Made by a program: the position numbers and the translations under genes. Shown piece after piece: positions 1 through 12,986 of a stretch of 26,102 nucleotides of DNA (its first letter is position 1; each line of letters begins with the position of its first letter). The stretch is from Octopus sinensis. Lineage: Eukaryota. Location of the stretch: assembly GCF_006345805.1 (NCBI RefSeq), contig NW_021834735.1, positions 1 through 26,102 on the forward strand. Reading direction: 5' to 3'. Under the pieces are notes generated by a model. It did not search any database, was not told the DNA's origin, and was given only the letters and a program-made list of their open reading frames with translations.

Positions 1-235
1 ATCTTTACATATACAAACATAAAATGTATATATACATACATATGTGTGTGTGTCTATGTATATGTGATGTATGTGTGCATATTTTGTGTGCGTATGCGTA
101 TATCCGGCTGTAATCCGATATTACTAACGCGCGACCACACAGACATCTATCTACATATCTCTCTCTCTCTCCCCTCTCACTTATATATATATATATATTA
201 GACACACATGCGCACGCACACATATTATATATGCC
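1..235. repeat. (TA)n/(TG)n/(CT)n compound microsatellite
   Basis: Dinucleotide runs seen directly. Confidence 0.9.
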
Positions 236-985
236 TAGATTTCTAGAACCAATAAACACATCTTCATAGATCTCGCAGCTAAGGAAATTGCCTCAACTTA
301 AAAGCAGATTATAGACCAGTACACGTAACCTCGCTTCCGAATACCATATATTACTCTTAAAGACCGCAAATGAGAATTCACTAGCAATCTGGTTAATTAA
401 GCCCGCATAACTTGAATTAAGAATGCTTAACGAGGGAATTCTAGAGGCGATTTACTTAGTGTAAAACGTACTGTTTTTTCTTAACACATAATAAAGGAAC
501 AAAAATATTAGAATAGTTTCTGACGTCCACGGCAATAAATATTATAAATATACTCTGTTTGACATCATTGATATTTGTCCTATCACAAAGCCTCTTGCTG
601 AAGCTTCGCTTTTTGTAGATATAAATTTGTCGATTAGCGCATATAACAATGTAGTGATGCCTACGAGGAAATCCATCTTGTAATTTGATAATTCGACCGG
701 CTTAAAACAAAGAAAGCACAGATGATGTATTACCGCCATCATGAGGTCACAAGATGAGGTTTGTTGTTCAAAATAATGGGGTTATATACCGTAGTCGCTT
801 TACATAAAAAAGAAATTGTAAAAGGGGCATTTATAGAAATGATGGGCTATTACTCTCGTGAAACATGAGAGAGCATAAATATAATAGGCTTAGGAAAGAC
901 CTAATAAAGCTAGTTAGCGAAATATACTTATATTACGCAGCGAAAATCTCCATGTTACTTTTATCTTTAATCATTTACTAACTTC

Positions 986-1064
986 AATCATGAGACTGCG
1001 GCCATTCTGGGGCACCACCCAGAAGCTATTTTTTGTTTTTGTCAAAAGAATCAAACGCAATACA
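986..1064 (-). mobile_element. Degraded 3'-tail fragment of SINE family A
   Basis: gactgcggccattctggggcaccacc matches gactgcggccatgccggagcaccacc of the adjacent full copy. Confidence 0.6.
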
Positions 1065-1480
1065 TACTCTTTTTACTCTTTTACTTGTTTCAGTCATTTG
1101 ACTGCGGCCATGCCGGAGCACCACCTTTAGTCGAGCAAATCGACCCCGGGACTTATTCTTTTGTAAGCCCAGTACTTATTCTATCGGTCTCTTTTGCCGA
1201 ACCGCTAAGTGACAGGGACGTAAACACACCAGCATCGGTTGTCAAGCAATGCTAGGCGGACAAACACAGACACACAAACATATACACACGCACACATATA
1301 TATATACATATATACGACAGGCTTCTTTCAGTTTCCGTCTACTAAATCCACTCACAAGGCATTGGTCGGCCCGGGGCTATAGTAGAAGACACTTGCCCAA
1401 GATGCCACGCAGTGGGACTGAACCCGGAACCATGTGGTTGGTTAGCAAGCTACTTACCACACAGCCACTCCTGCGCCTAT
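1065..1480 (-). mobile_element. Full-length tRNA-derived SINE, family A (Octopus-type)
   Basis: Reverse complement of 25070-25471. On the minus strand: A-box-like TGGCTGTGTGG, B-box-like GGTTCAGTCC, central (TA/CA) tract, cagtca-aa-tgactg hairpin and (gtaaaaga)n tail. Confidence 0.9.
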
Positions 1481-1504
1481 TATTCTTTTTGTTAAGTTTG
1501 GTTC

Positions 1505-1777
1505 ATACTTTATCAGTTGCTTTTGCCGAATCGCTCGATTATGCGCACCTTTAATACTCCAACACAGGTTTCATAGGGCCGGGGAACAAACAAAGATAGA
1601 AACGCACACACTTATACATGTACACACGACGGGCTCCTTTCACTTTCCATCTACCAAATGCACTCACAAGGTCCGAGGTTATAAACAGGGTGCCAAATGC
1701 GTACGCAGTGGGACTGAACTGGGTAGCTTGTGGTTAGGGGACAATCTTCTTACTACACAGTCACACCTGCGCCTGTA
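1505..1777 (-). mobile_element. Older, diverged family A copy
   Basis: Colinear degraded matches (ttttgccgaa, ctaccaaat..actcacaagg, cgcagtgggactgaac, cctgcgcct). Confidence 0.75.
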
Positions 1778-1789
1778 GATACATAAATA

Positions 1790-1954
1790 TATACACGACG
1801 AGCTTCCTCCAGTTTCCGTCTACCAAATCCAGTCACAAGGCTTTGGTCGGCCCCAGCCTATAGTAGAAGACACTTGCCCAAGGTGCCATGCAGTGGGACT
1901 GAAACCGGAACCATGTGATTAGAAAGCAAGTTTCTTAACGCACGGCCACGCCTA
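1790..1954 (-). mobile_element. 5' half of a family A SINE
   Basis: cagtttccgtctaccaaatcc...ctatagtagaagacacttgcccaaggtgcc...gggactgaaaccggaacc. Confidence 0.85.
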
Positions 1955-2247
1955 GAGACAAGATTCGTACCTATCGTATGCTTCATAAAACAAATAACTC
2001 TATATGACGAAAGGATGAGCTAGAAACACACGTGATTTAATTCCAAATATTGCTAATCCTTCTCGCTTTTCACAAAAACACAAAAAAATACATGGTCAAA
2101 GCTTAAAAGTTGGGAACAAAAAATTGCATGTTACAATGCCCTACATTAGTAAGATAACAAAATATTTAGCAGTAATTTAATTAAGGTTAGTTACAAGCAA
2201 AACATTGTGGGATGCGTTTTAAATTATAAAAGTAAAGAAACGTCTAA

Positions 2248-2320
2248 AGTATTACAGACGACTACCCGTTTTCATCAACACCGGTTGAAGAGCTAAAGAG
2301 GTGTTGAAACATCAAGGAAT
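2248..2320 (+). other. Decayed hammerhead-like/Penelope-end motif, copy 1
   Basis: ttgaagagc...tgaaacatca; similar to 2797-2870 and to 21098-21123 with CpG transitions. Confidence 0.35.
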
Positions 2321-2594
2321 CTCCAAAATAGTCTTAGGTAAATATCTTGAAATTTACTTTATATGCGTGTATGTGAAATCCACACATTCCGTTTACTTCA
2401 ATCACATAGGCATCGGTCATAGCCCCGAATGAGTTAATTAGTTACTGAGTATTTTCAGCAAATAAATGTGTTTAGATGAATTTAGATGAACAACGTATGG
2501 ATTAAGTACGCTAACTTTTCTTGAAAATAGTTGCTGGATATTTTAAATGTTTCAAATTTTAACAAGCGTAATCTAGAATTAATTTCACAAGATC

Positions 2595-2681
2595 CTAAAG
2601 AGATAGAGACATATAGAAAGATAGACAGACAGACATATAAACTAATAGATATACAGACAGATAGAGAGATAGAGAATAAAG

Positions 2682-2715
<34 letters not shown>
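2595..2715. repeat. (GATA/GACA/GA)n microsatellite
   Basis: Seen directly. Confidence 0.85.
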
Positions 2716-2717
<2 letters not shown>

Positions 2718-2796
2718 ACGTATCAGTTAGACATGAAAGAGATTGCTGCGTTCTTATTGTGCATTAGAAGGAGTCACTTCACAGACTAAGTCTTAT

Positions 2797-2870
2797 AGTA
2801 TTCGACTACTATTAACTTTTTGTGCATCAACACTGGCTGAAGAGTCAAAGGGTCATTGAAACATCATGAA
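2797..2870 (+). other. Decayed hammerhead-like/Penelope-end motif, copy 2
   Basis: CTGAAGA (2837-2843) ... GAAAC (2858-2862) ATCA; upstream agtatt..cgactac..catcaacac shared with copy 1. Confidence 0.4.
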
Positions 2871-2889
2871 GGCACATAATACTATGCCT

Positions 2890-3396
2890 GCGTGTGTAGA
2901 AGTAAATAAATACATATAGACACACACACACATACGCATACATACATATATACCTTTGTATGTATGCATGCATGTATATATCTATACATATATATTTTTA
3001 TATATATTTGTGTATATACACGTTAAATATAATTATATTTTCTATCTTTTTTCTTTATTTTCTAGATTCGCTATTTCCGTTCTTTCTAATGAGCTCAACA
3101 TTAAAAAAAATCTAGTACTCAATACATATTTATTTAATTATTAACATTATTCGGCTGGCAGCAAGTGTCTTGTGTCGCAACTCAATGAATATACTTTTTT
3201 AAAAATTCGAGCAATATCATTATAAACTAGAGCCACACCCATATGGGCACATATACATACATAGATACACACGCATACATACATAGGTACACATGCATAC
3301 ATGAATATATACATATATACATACGTACAAGCATACACATACATGGAGACGAGAAGACGTACCGATATACACCTACATATTCACATGTATGTATAC

Positions 3397-3436
<40 letters not shown>

Positions 3437-3850
3437 ATACACACATATATATATATATATATATATATGAATGAACACATACCAATAAACAAGACACTCC
3501 AACACACACACACACATATATATATATGCACATATATAGATACACGTATGTATATATATATATACACACACATTTATATGTACACTATATAGATATATAG
3601 ATTGTACGTACACTAGTGTGTGTGTATAAATATATATATATTGAATATACATCGATACATATTCGTACATACATACCTTCACACATACATGCATAGATAT
3701 AAAAAAACACACACACACAGATGTATGTGTACACACACACACACATATATATATATAAACATATACATACATGGATACATATATACATACGTAGACATAT
3801 ATCAATAAAATTTGTGTAGTTGCACCCACGCGCGTGTGTGTGTGTGTGTA
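2890..3850. repeat. (TA)n/(CA)n compound microsatellite field with a unique AT-rich gap (~3030-3240)
   Basis: Seen directly; source of the YIYI/MCVC ORFs. Confidence 0.9.
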
Positions 3851-3854
3851 TGTT

Positions 3855-6800
3855 ACACCACCCATCATAGCCATCTCCTGCCATTGACCTCTTTTATCCA
3901 ATAGCACCACCACCACTACCATCACCACCACCTCACTGCCACCAAGCCTATCACCGTCAACACCACCGCCCCTACCAATATCACGGCACACTACTTCGCA
4001 GCTACATCACAACCACAATCATACTACCACTACCACCACCACCATCCTAAGTATCACCACTACCACCACCGACACACTCCGCCAGAGCTATACTACCACA
4101 CGAACACCACCGTCACATCACCACTGCTACTAGCACCGACACCTCCACCAACAAAATGTCGATCCCGTCAAACCACCGTCAACTCCAACACAACCAAGAG
4201 TAGCACCATTACCACCACCACCACCACCACCACACTACAACAACAAGCACCACCACCATCACAACCACAACCACCACCACCACCACCACCACTACCACCA
4301 ACACCATAACCACCATAACATCCACCTCCACAACCACCTCCACAACCACCATCATCATCACTCCACCATCACCGACGTGACCGAAAATAGGACCCAACGC
4401 CTCTACCACCATAACCTCCACCACCGCCGCCGCCACAAGTCGATCTCCCCCACCACAAATCACCGCCAAATCCTCCACCACCACCACTACCCGCCCGCCC
4501 GCCCCGCCCACCCCTTCCACCGTCGTTTCTTATATATTTGGGTTCATTAAGCCGTAATCTAGAAATAGGTCGATATATATTATTGAACACGGCTCGCTTC
4601 TAACTTATTGATTTGTGTGTGTGTGGCGTTTAAAACCTGCGCCGCCAACGCCATGAAGCACCACCACCGCCGCCACCGCCACCACCACCACCACCACCAC
4701 CACCACAGCCTCCGATGCCATTAATACCGTCAATGGCATCACCATGGTAAGAGTAGCCCAAACTATCATTGCAAAACATCGCTGCCGCCGCCATCATCAT
4801 CATCATCGTCGTAGTCGATAGCTTTAGGAACGCCAGAACCACCACCACCATAATCATTATCATCACCACCACCACCACCTCCACCACCACCATCAACATC
4901 ACCATCAACACCACCACCATCATCGTCGCCACCACCATCATCACCACCACCATCACCATCACCACCACCATCGTCATCATCATCACCACCACCATCAACA
5001 CCACCACCATCATCGCTACCATCAACATCACCACCATCAACATCACTACCACCACCACCACCACCATCATCATCACCATCTCAGTCTACCATCACCACCA
5101 CCATCACCATCGTCATCATCATCACCACCACCATCAACACCACCACCACCACCACCGCTACCATCAACATCACCACCATCAACATCACCACCATCATCAT
5201 CATCGTCACCACCATCATCACCGCCACCACCACCACCAGCATCATCACCACCACCATCATCATCATACCATCAACATCACCATCATCATCAACATCACCA
5301 TCACCACCACCATCATCATCATCACGACCACCACCACCACACCATGCCTATCACCGTCACACCAGCGTTCCTACCAATGCCACGCCGTACTACCTCAGAG
5401 CTACAACATCGCAAGCACAGTTGTACTACCACCGCTACCACCACAACCACCACCACCATTAATGTCATAGTAAGCCTAAACTATCGTCGCAACATCGCTA
5501 CCATCATCAACGACAGCACCACCACCACCACCACCACCACAGCCACCACCGCCACAACCACCACCACAGCCACAACCACCACCACAGCCACAACCACCAC
5601 TACAACTACAACCATCACTGCCACAACTACCACCACCACAATCACCACAGCCACCACCGCCACCAACAGCCCCCCCCCCCCCAAACAACCACCACTACAA
5701 CTACAACCATCACTGCCACAACTACCAAACTACCACCACCACAATCACCACAGCCACCACGCCACAACCACCACCACAGCCACAACCACCACCACAGCCA
5801 CAACCACCACTACAACTACAACCATCACTGCCACAACTACCACAAACTACCAACCACCACCATCACCACAGCCACCACGCCACAACCACCACCACAGCCA
5901 CAACCACCACCACAGCCACAACCACCACTACAACTACAACCATCACTGCCACAACTACCACAACTACCACCACCACAATCACCACAGCCACCACCGCCAC
6001 CACAGCCACAACCACCACTACAACTACAACCATCACTGCCACAACTACCACAACTACCACCACCACAATCACCACAGCCACCACCGCCACAACCACCACC
6101 ACAGCCACAACCACCACCACAGCCACAACCACCACTACAACTACAACCATCACTGCCACAACTACCACAACTACCACCACCACAGCCACCGCCGCCACAA
6201 CCACCACCACAGCCATCCTTACAACTACCAACACTACAACCGTCACAACCACCACCACAGCCATAACCACCACTACAACTACAACCATCACTGCCACAAC
6301 TACCTAAACTACCACCACCACAATCACTACAGCCACAACCACCACCACAGCCACAACCACCACTACAACTACAACCATCACTGCCACAACTACCTAAACT
6401 ACCACCACCACAATCACTACAGCCACAACCACCACCACAGCCACAACCACCACTACAACTACAACCATCACTGCCACAACTACCACCACCACAATCACCA
6501 CAGCCACCGCCGCCACAACCACCACCACAGCCATCATTACAACTACCACCACTACAACCGCCACAACCACCACTTCCACAACCACCACTGCCACAACCAC
6601 CACTGCCACAACCACCACCACAACCACCACAGCTACAACTACCATCACTGCCACAACTACCACCACCACAATCACCACAGCCACCACCGCCACAACCACC
6701 ACCACAGCCATCATTACAACTACCACCACTGCCATAACCACCACTGCCACAACCACCACCGCCACAACCACTACCGCCACAACCACCACCACTGCCACAA

Positions 6801-7260
6801 CCACCACCGCCGCAACCATCACCACAACCACCACTGCCACAACTACCACAACTATTATAACGACATTTACATCCGCTGCTGCTGCTAATATCGATAATGC
6901 TGTTGTTGTTGCTGCTGTTCTGTCAGATACCAATAATACTATAACCGCAACACGCTTTAGAGATACCAATACTAGCACCTATACTGAACGCCGCAGCCAC
7001 AACTACCACAGCAGCTAGCGCCCACACAGTGAGAGACACTACCACACCTACTGCCGCAGTCAGCGCTAACACTTAACAAAAAACTACCACCAACACCACC
7101 GCTACTACCACTATCACCACCAACCCTACTACTACCCAAACTACTATCACCCCTACTACTACCATCATCACCACCATCAAAAGTGCTACTACTACTACCA
7201 CCACCACCACAATCACTGCAACCACTATAAACAGGGCACTACTACTACAGCCTATACCAC
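3855..7260. repeat. (CAC/CAT/CAA)n trinucleotide low-complexity block with higher-order 9/18/90-bp periodicity at ~5500-6850
   Basis: cactacaactacaaccatcactgccacaac recurs at 6271, 6361 and 6451 (period 90); unique island at ~4520-4630. Confidence 0.9.
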
Positions 7261-7309
7261 AACAGTAACCACTGATACTTCTACCAATACAGCTGGTGTG
7301 AAAACTACA

Positions 7310-7472
7310 GCTGGTGTGTTTACGGCCCCTAGTAACTTAGCGGTTCGGCATAAAGAGACCGATAGAATAAGTACTAGACTTACAAAGAATAAGTCCTGGG
7401 GTCGATTTGCTCGACTAAAAGGCGGTGCTCCAGCATGGCCGCAGTCAAATGACGGAAACAAGTAAAAGAGTA
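7310..7472 (+). mobile_element. 3' part of a family A SINE (5'-truncated)
   Basis: gctggtgtgtttacg...agcggttcggc..aaagagaccgatagaataagtact...gcagtcaaatgacggaaacaagtaaaagag. Confidence 0.88.
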
Positions 7473-7493
7473 TATATGTATGTCTGAACCGAC

Positions 7494-8737
7494 GAGGGTG
7501 ACCTCTATGTGGTAGCTAAATTTGCTAGAAATAGAAGTAAAAAATCTCTCAAATCGCACCCTACTGTCTTATGTATGTAGATATGTATGAGCCCATGAGG
7601 GAAACCTCTATGTGGTAGATAGGTCTGTTAGAAATAGCAACCAAATCGCCCTTAAATCATACCATATTCTCTTATGTATATATGTACGAGTTTATGAGGG
7701 AGACCTCTACATGGTAGGTAAACCTGCTAGAAATAGCAGCCAAAAAATCTCCCTCAAATCCTAATGTCTTATGTATGTCTATATGAGGGAAACCTCTATG
7801 TGGTAGATAGGTCTGTTAGAAATAGCAGCCAAATCGCCCTTAAATCATACCATATTCTCTTATGTATATATGTACGAGTTTATGAGGGAGACCTCTACAT
7901 GGTAGGTAAACCTACTAGAAATAGCAGCCAAAAAATCTCCCTCAAATCCTAATGTCTTATGTATGTCTATATGAGGGAAACCTCTATGTGGTAGATAGGT
8001 CTGTTAGAAATAGCAGCTAAATCGCCCTTAAATCACACCCTACTCTCTTATGTATGTATGTATGTATGTATGAGTTTATGAGGGAGACCTCTACATGGTA
8101 GGTAGACCTGCTAGAAATAGCAGCCAAAAGTTTCCCTCAAACCACATCCTAATGTCTTATGTGTGTCTATATGTGAGAGCCAATAAGGGATATCTCTATG
8201 TGGTAGATAGGTCTGTTAGAAATAGCAGCCAAATCTCTCTCGGATCACATCCTACTGACTTATATATGTATATATGAGTCAATGAAGGAGACCTCTATGT
8301 GGAAGATAGGTCTGTTAGAAATAGCAGCCAAATCTCCCTTAAATCACATCCTAATGTCTTATGTATGTATATATGTATGTAAGAGCCAATAAGGGAGACC
8401 TCTATGTGGTAGATAGGTCTGTTAGAAATAGAAGCCAAATCTCTCTCGGATCACACCCTACTGTTTTATGTGTAAGATCTAATGAGGGAAACCTCTACAT
8501 GGTAGTCAGATCTGCTAGAAATAGCAACCAATATTTCACTCAACTCACAGTCTTCTGTTTTGTGAGCCAGTGAGGGAGATCTTTAGAGGGTAGCTACACC
8601 CGTTTAGAAATAGTAGCCAAATCTCCCTCAAATCACACCCTACACTCTTATGTACGTATATATGTATGAGTTTCTGGTGAAGACCTCTACATGGTAGATA
8701 GAGCTGGTAGAAATAGCAGTCAAATTTCCCTCTAATT
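7494..8737 (+). repeat. Minisatellite of ~13 monomers (~90-105 bp) derived from retroposon family D, with a 188-bp dimeric higher-order repeat
   Basis: tagaaatag occurs 13 times; atgagggaaacctctatg at 7595, 7783 and 7971 (period 188 = 99+89). Confidence 0.85.
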
Positions 8738-8739
8738 GT

Positions 8740-10190
8740 ACACACACACATGTATATAGATACATGCATGCATGCATAAGTACACACACACACACACACA
8801 TATATATACGAATGCATACATATATATGCATACATACGCGCACACACATATACACACGTATATATGAATACATACACACGCATATATATATACACACGTA
8901 TATATGATTACATACACAACATATATATATACACACGTATGATTACACACACACATATACACACGTATATATCATTACATACACACATATATACACACGT
9001 ATATATGATTACACACACACACATATACACACGTATATATGATTACATACACACACATATACACACGTATATATGAATACATACACACATATACACACGT
9101 ATATATGAATACATACACATATATACACACGTATATATGAATACATACACATATATACACACGTATATATGAATACATACACATATATACACACGTATAT
9201 ATGAATACATACACATATATACACACGTATATATGATTACATACACACACATATACACACGTATATATGATTACATACACACACATATATACACGTATAT
9301 ATGAATACATACACACACATATACACACGTATATATGAATACATACACACATATACACATGTATATATGATTACATACACACACATATATACATACGTAT
9401 ATATGATTACACACACACACATATACACACGTATATATGATTACATACACACGCATATATATACACACTATGTATGATTACATACACACACATATATGAA
9501 TACATACACACACACACATTTATACACACGTATATATGATTACACACACACACATATATACACGTATATATGAATACACACACACACACACACATATATA
9601 TGATTACATACACACACATATACACACGTATATATGAATACATACACACGCATATATATACCTACGTATATATGAATACACACACACACATATACACACG
9701 TATATATGATTACACACACTCACATATATATACACACGTATATATGATTACATACACACACATATACACACGTATATATGATTACATACACACACATATA
9801 CACACGTATATATGATTACATACACACACATATACACACGTATATATGATTACATACACACACATATACACACGTATATATGATTACATACACACACATA
9901 TACACACGTATATATGATTACATACACACACATATACACACGTATATATGATTACATACACACACATATACACACGTATATATGATTACATACACACACA
10001 TATACACACGTATATATGAATACATACACACACATATACACACGTATATATGATTACATACACACACATATATACATACGTATATATGATTACATACACA
10101 CACACACACATGCGTATATATATATATATATATATATATTATACATACATACATATATATGCATACATGCACACACATGTATGCATGTAT
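8740..10190. repeat. TA/CA-derived minisatellite, 32-34-bp unit (tatatatgattacatacacacacatatacacacg)
   Basis: Exact period 34 at 9841/9875 and onward. Confidence 0.9.
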
Positions 10191-10194
10191 GTGT

Positions 10195-10365
10195 GGAAGG
10201 TAGACCTGTTAGAAATAGCAGCCAAATCTTCCTGAACTGACTCCTAAAACATACAGTGTGTATTGTCAGCCTGGGTTCACTGCCCATGAAAAATGGATGG
10301 GTTGAGATGGTCACGGCTGGACTGTCGTTGAGAGACTGTGCAGCAACATGGCTGACCTTTAGGTA
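10195..10365 (+). mobile_element. Continuation of the family D element
   Basis: gtagacctgttagaaatagcagccaaatct followed by gatggtcacggctgga..gctgacct, similar to the tails at 15886-16275. Confidence 0.6.
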
Positions 10366-11205
10366 CATCACCACCACCACCACCAAAAGGACATGGCTGA
10401 CGTTTGGGCGCATCACCACCACCACCACCACATCACTACATCCCAAACACTGACCAATCACCACTACTACCACCCCAACGACTATTTCATCGCCGTCATA
10501 ATCCCAACGACGACCACCAACACCACCACTACTACCACCGCAACCAATATCAATAGCATCGCTAACACCAATACTACAATCACCCTCACCACCATATCCT
10601 CGGCAGCCAATACCACCACCACCACCACCGCCACAACAACCAACACCATAACTAACATCGCCGCCGCCACCACCACTATCAGAACCGATACTATAAACAT
10701 CAACACTACCACCACTACCGCATTCTGCATCTGCTGCACCATCATTACAACCACCACCACTACCACCTACCACCACCATCTCCGCCGCCGCTGCCACCAC
10801 CACCACCACCACCATCTCCGCCGCCGCTGCCACCACCACCATCACTGCCAGTCACAACAGCAGCAGCAGCAACAACAGCACATTCGATCACCACCGCTAC
10901 AACCACCCATACTATCGCCACTAACATCACATAACCGTCACCACTACCACCACCACCACAAATAACAACAAAAATAACAACAATACCAATAACAACTTAG
11001 ACATCAACAACAACAACAACAACGCCAATATTTACAGTACCGACATGACCACCACCTCCAGCAACACCAATAACACCAACATCACCACCGCCGCCGCAAC
11101 CACCACCACCACCAATAAAAACAACAACAACAACAACACGAACGGCAACTCCAATACCAACAGCGCCATCATCGCCACCAATCACCATCAATCACCACCA
11201 ACAAT
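10366..11205. repeat. (CAC/CAA)n low-complexity block
   Basis: Seen directly. Confidence 0.9.
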
Positions 11206-11364
11206 CAATGTCAAGATCAAAGCTCTTTATATTAAGCGATCTCAGACTCAGCTCATTTTCTCAACGTCTGCGGAAACAGCATCGCATCTATCGAAAAATC
11301 TTCGTCTTCTAAACCAAAACCAATAAGATAGCGGTCTAAGGCATCGTATGACCTTGCTGAATAT

Positions 11365-12914
11365 GGAAGCACTCCGTCGGTTACGACGACGAGGGTTCCG
11401 GTTGATCCGAATGAACGGAACAGCCTGCTCGTGAAATTAACGTGTAAGTTAAGTGGCTGAGCACTCCATCCACAGACACGTGTACCCTTAACGTACGCAG
11501 GATCACCACCATCCCCTGCCGGAGCCTCGGATGGAAGCACTCATCTGTTACGACGGACGAGAGGGTTCCGGTTGATCCGATCAACGAAACAGCCTACTCG
11601 TGAATTAACTGTAAGTGGCTGAGCACTCCACAGACACGTGCACCCTTAACGTAGTTCTCGGGGATATTCAGCGTGACACAGAGAGTGACAAGGCCGGCCC
11701 CTTTGAAATACAGGTACAACAGAAACAGGAAGTAAGAGTGAGAGAAAGTTGTGGTGAAAGAGTACGGCAGGGATCACCACCATCCCTGCCGGATCCTCAG
11801 TCACGTGCACCTTAACGTATTCTCTCGGATATTCAGCGTGACACAGAGAGTGACAGGCCGGCCCTTTGAAATACAGGTACAACAGAAACAGGAAGTAAGA
11901 GTGAGAGAAAGTTGTGGTGAAGAGTACAGCAGGGATCACCACCATCCCCTGCGGAACGAGGGTTCCGGTTGTTCCGCCCAACGAACAGCCTGCTCGTGAA
12001 ATTAACGTGTAAGTGGCTGAGCACTCCACAGACACGTGCACCCTTAACGTAGTTCTCGGGGATATTCAGCGTGACACAGAGAGTGACAAGGCCGGCTCTT
12101 TGAAATACAGGTACAACAGAAACAGGAAGTAAGAGTGAGAGAAAGTTGTGGTGAAAGAGTACGGCAGGGATCACCACCATCCCTGCCGGATCCTCCACAG
12201 TCACGTGCACCCTTAACGTAGTTCTCGGGGATATTCAGCGTGACACAGAGAGTGACAAGGCCGGCCCTTTGAAATACAGGTACAACAGAAACAGGAAGTA
12301 AGAGTGAGAGAAAGTTGTGGTGAAAGAGTACAGCAGGGATCACCACCATCCCCTGCCGGAGCCTCGGATGGAAGCGCTCAGTCGGTTACGACGACGAGGG
12401 TTCCGGTTGATCCGAATGAACGGAACAGCCTGCTCGTGAAATTAACGTGTAAGTGGCTGAGCACTCCACAGACACGCGTACCCTTAACGTAGTTCTCGGG
12501 GATATTCAGCGTGACACAGAGAGTGACAGGCCGGCCCTTTGAAATACAGGTACAACAGAAAGAGAAAGTAGAGCGAGATAAGTTGTGGTGAAAGAGTACA
12601 GCAGGGATCACCACCATCCCTGCCGGAGCCTCCACAGACACGTGCACCCTTAACGTAGTTCTCGGGGATATTCAGCGTGACACAGAGAGTGACAAGGCCG
12701 GCCCCTTTAAATACAGGTACAACAGAAACCGGAGTAAGAGTGAGAGAAAGTTGGGGTGAAGAGTACAGCAGGGATCCCACATCTCCTGCCGGAGCCTCGT
12801 GGAGCTTTTAGGTGTTTTTCGCTCATAACACTCACAACGGCCGGTCTGGGAATCGAAACCGCGATCCTACGACCGCGAGTCCGCTGCCCTAACCACTGGG
12901 CCATTGCGCCTTCA
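11365..12914 (-). mobile_element. tRNA-derived SINE, family C, with a tandemly amplified body (6 body copies, 4 hairpin segments), flanked by a 12-bp target-site duplication
   Basis: Head at 12780-12914 with A-box TGGCCCAGTGG (rc 12893-12903) and B-box-like GGTTTCGATTCC (rc 12849-12860); CTTGCTGAATAT at 11353-11364 and 12915-12926. Confidence 0.88.
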
Positions 12915-12986
12915 CTTGCTGAATATAACAGTCAAAGTGGTCCCTCAACGGCGTCGATTCTGTCTGTATGAGACATGCACCAATCA

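Noticed and set aside
1249-1554. MLGGQTQTHK... ORFs (also 14596 and 25011) and the ORFs within 11253-12971 and 17676-19052
   Set aside because: Antisense or sense translations of SINE copies
4209-6978. Long Thr-, His- or Val-rich ORFs (up to 514 aa), mucin-like in appearance
   Set aside because: They come from (CAC/CAA)n repeats that lack stops in most frames on both strands; there is no signal peptide, splice context or non-repetitive domain
7494-8737. CRISPR-like repeat-spacer array (also the other tandem arrays)
   Set aside because: The intervening sequence is itself repeated rather than unique spacers; eukaryotic context with no cas genes
3147-10240. YIYI/MCVC/HTHI ORFs
   Set aside because: Translations of TA/CA/TG microsatellites
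12780-12914. Functional tRNA gene (also the heads at 18559-18644 and 25070-25130)
   Set aside because: A/B boxes are present but no complete cloverleaf could be drawn, and each continues into a SINE body
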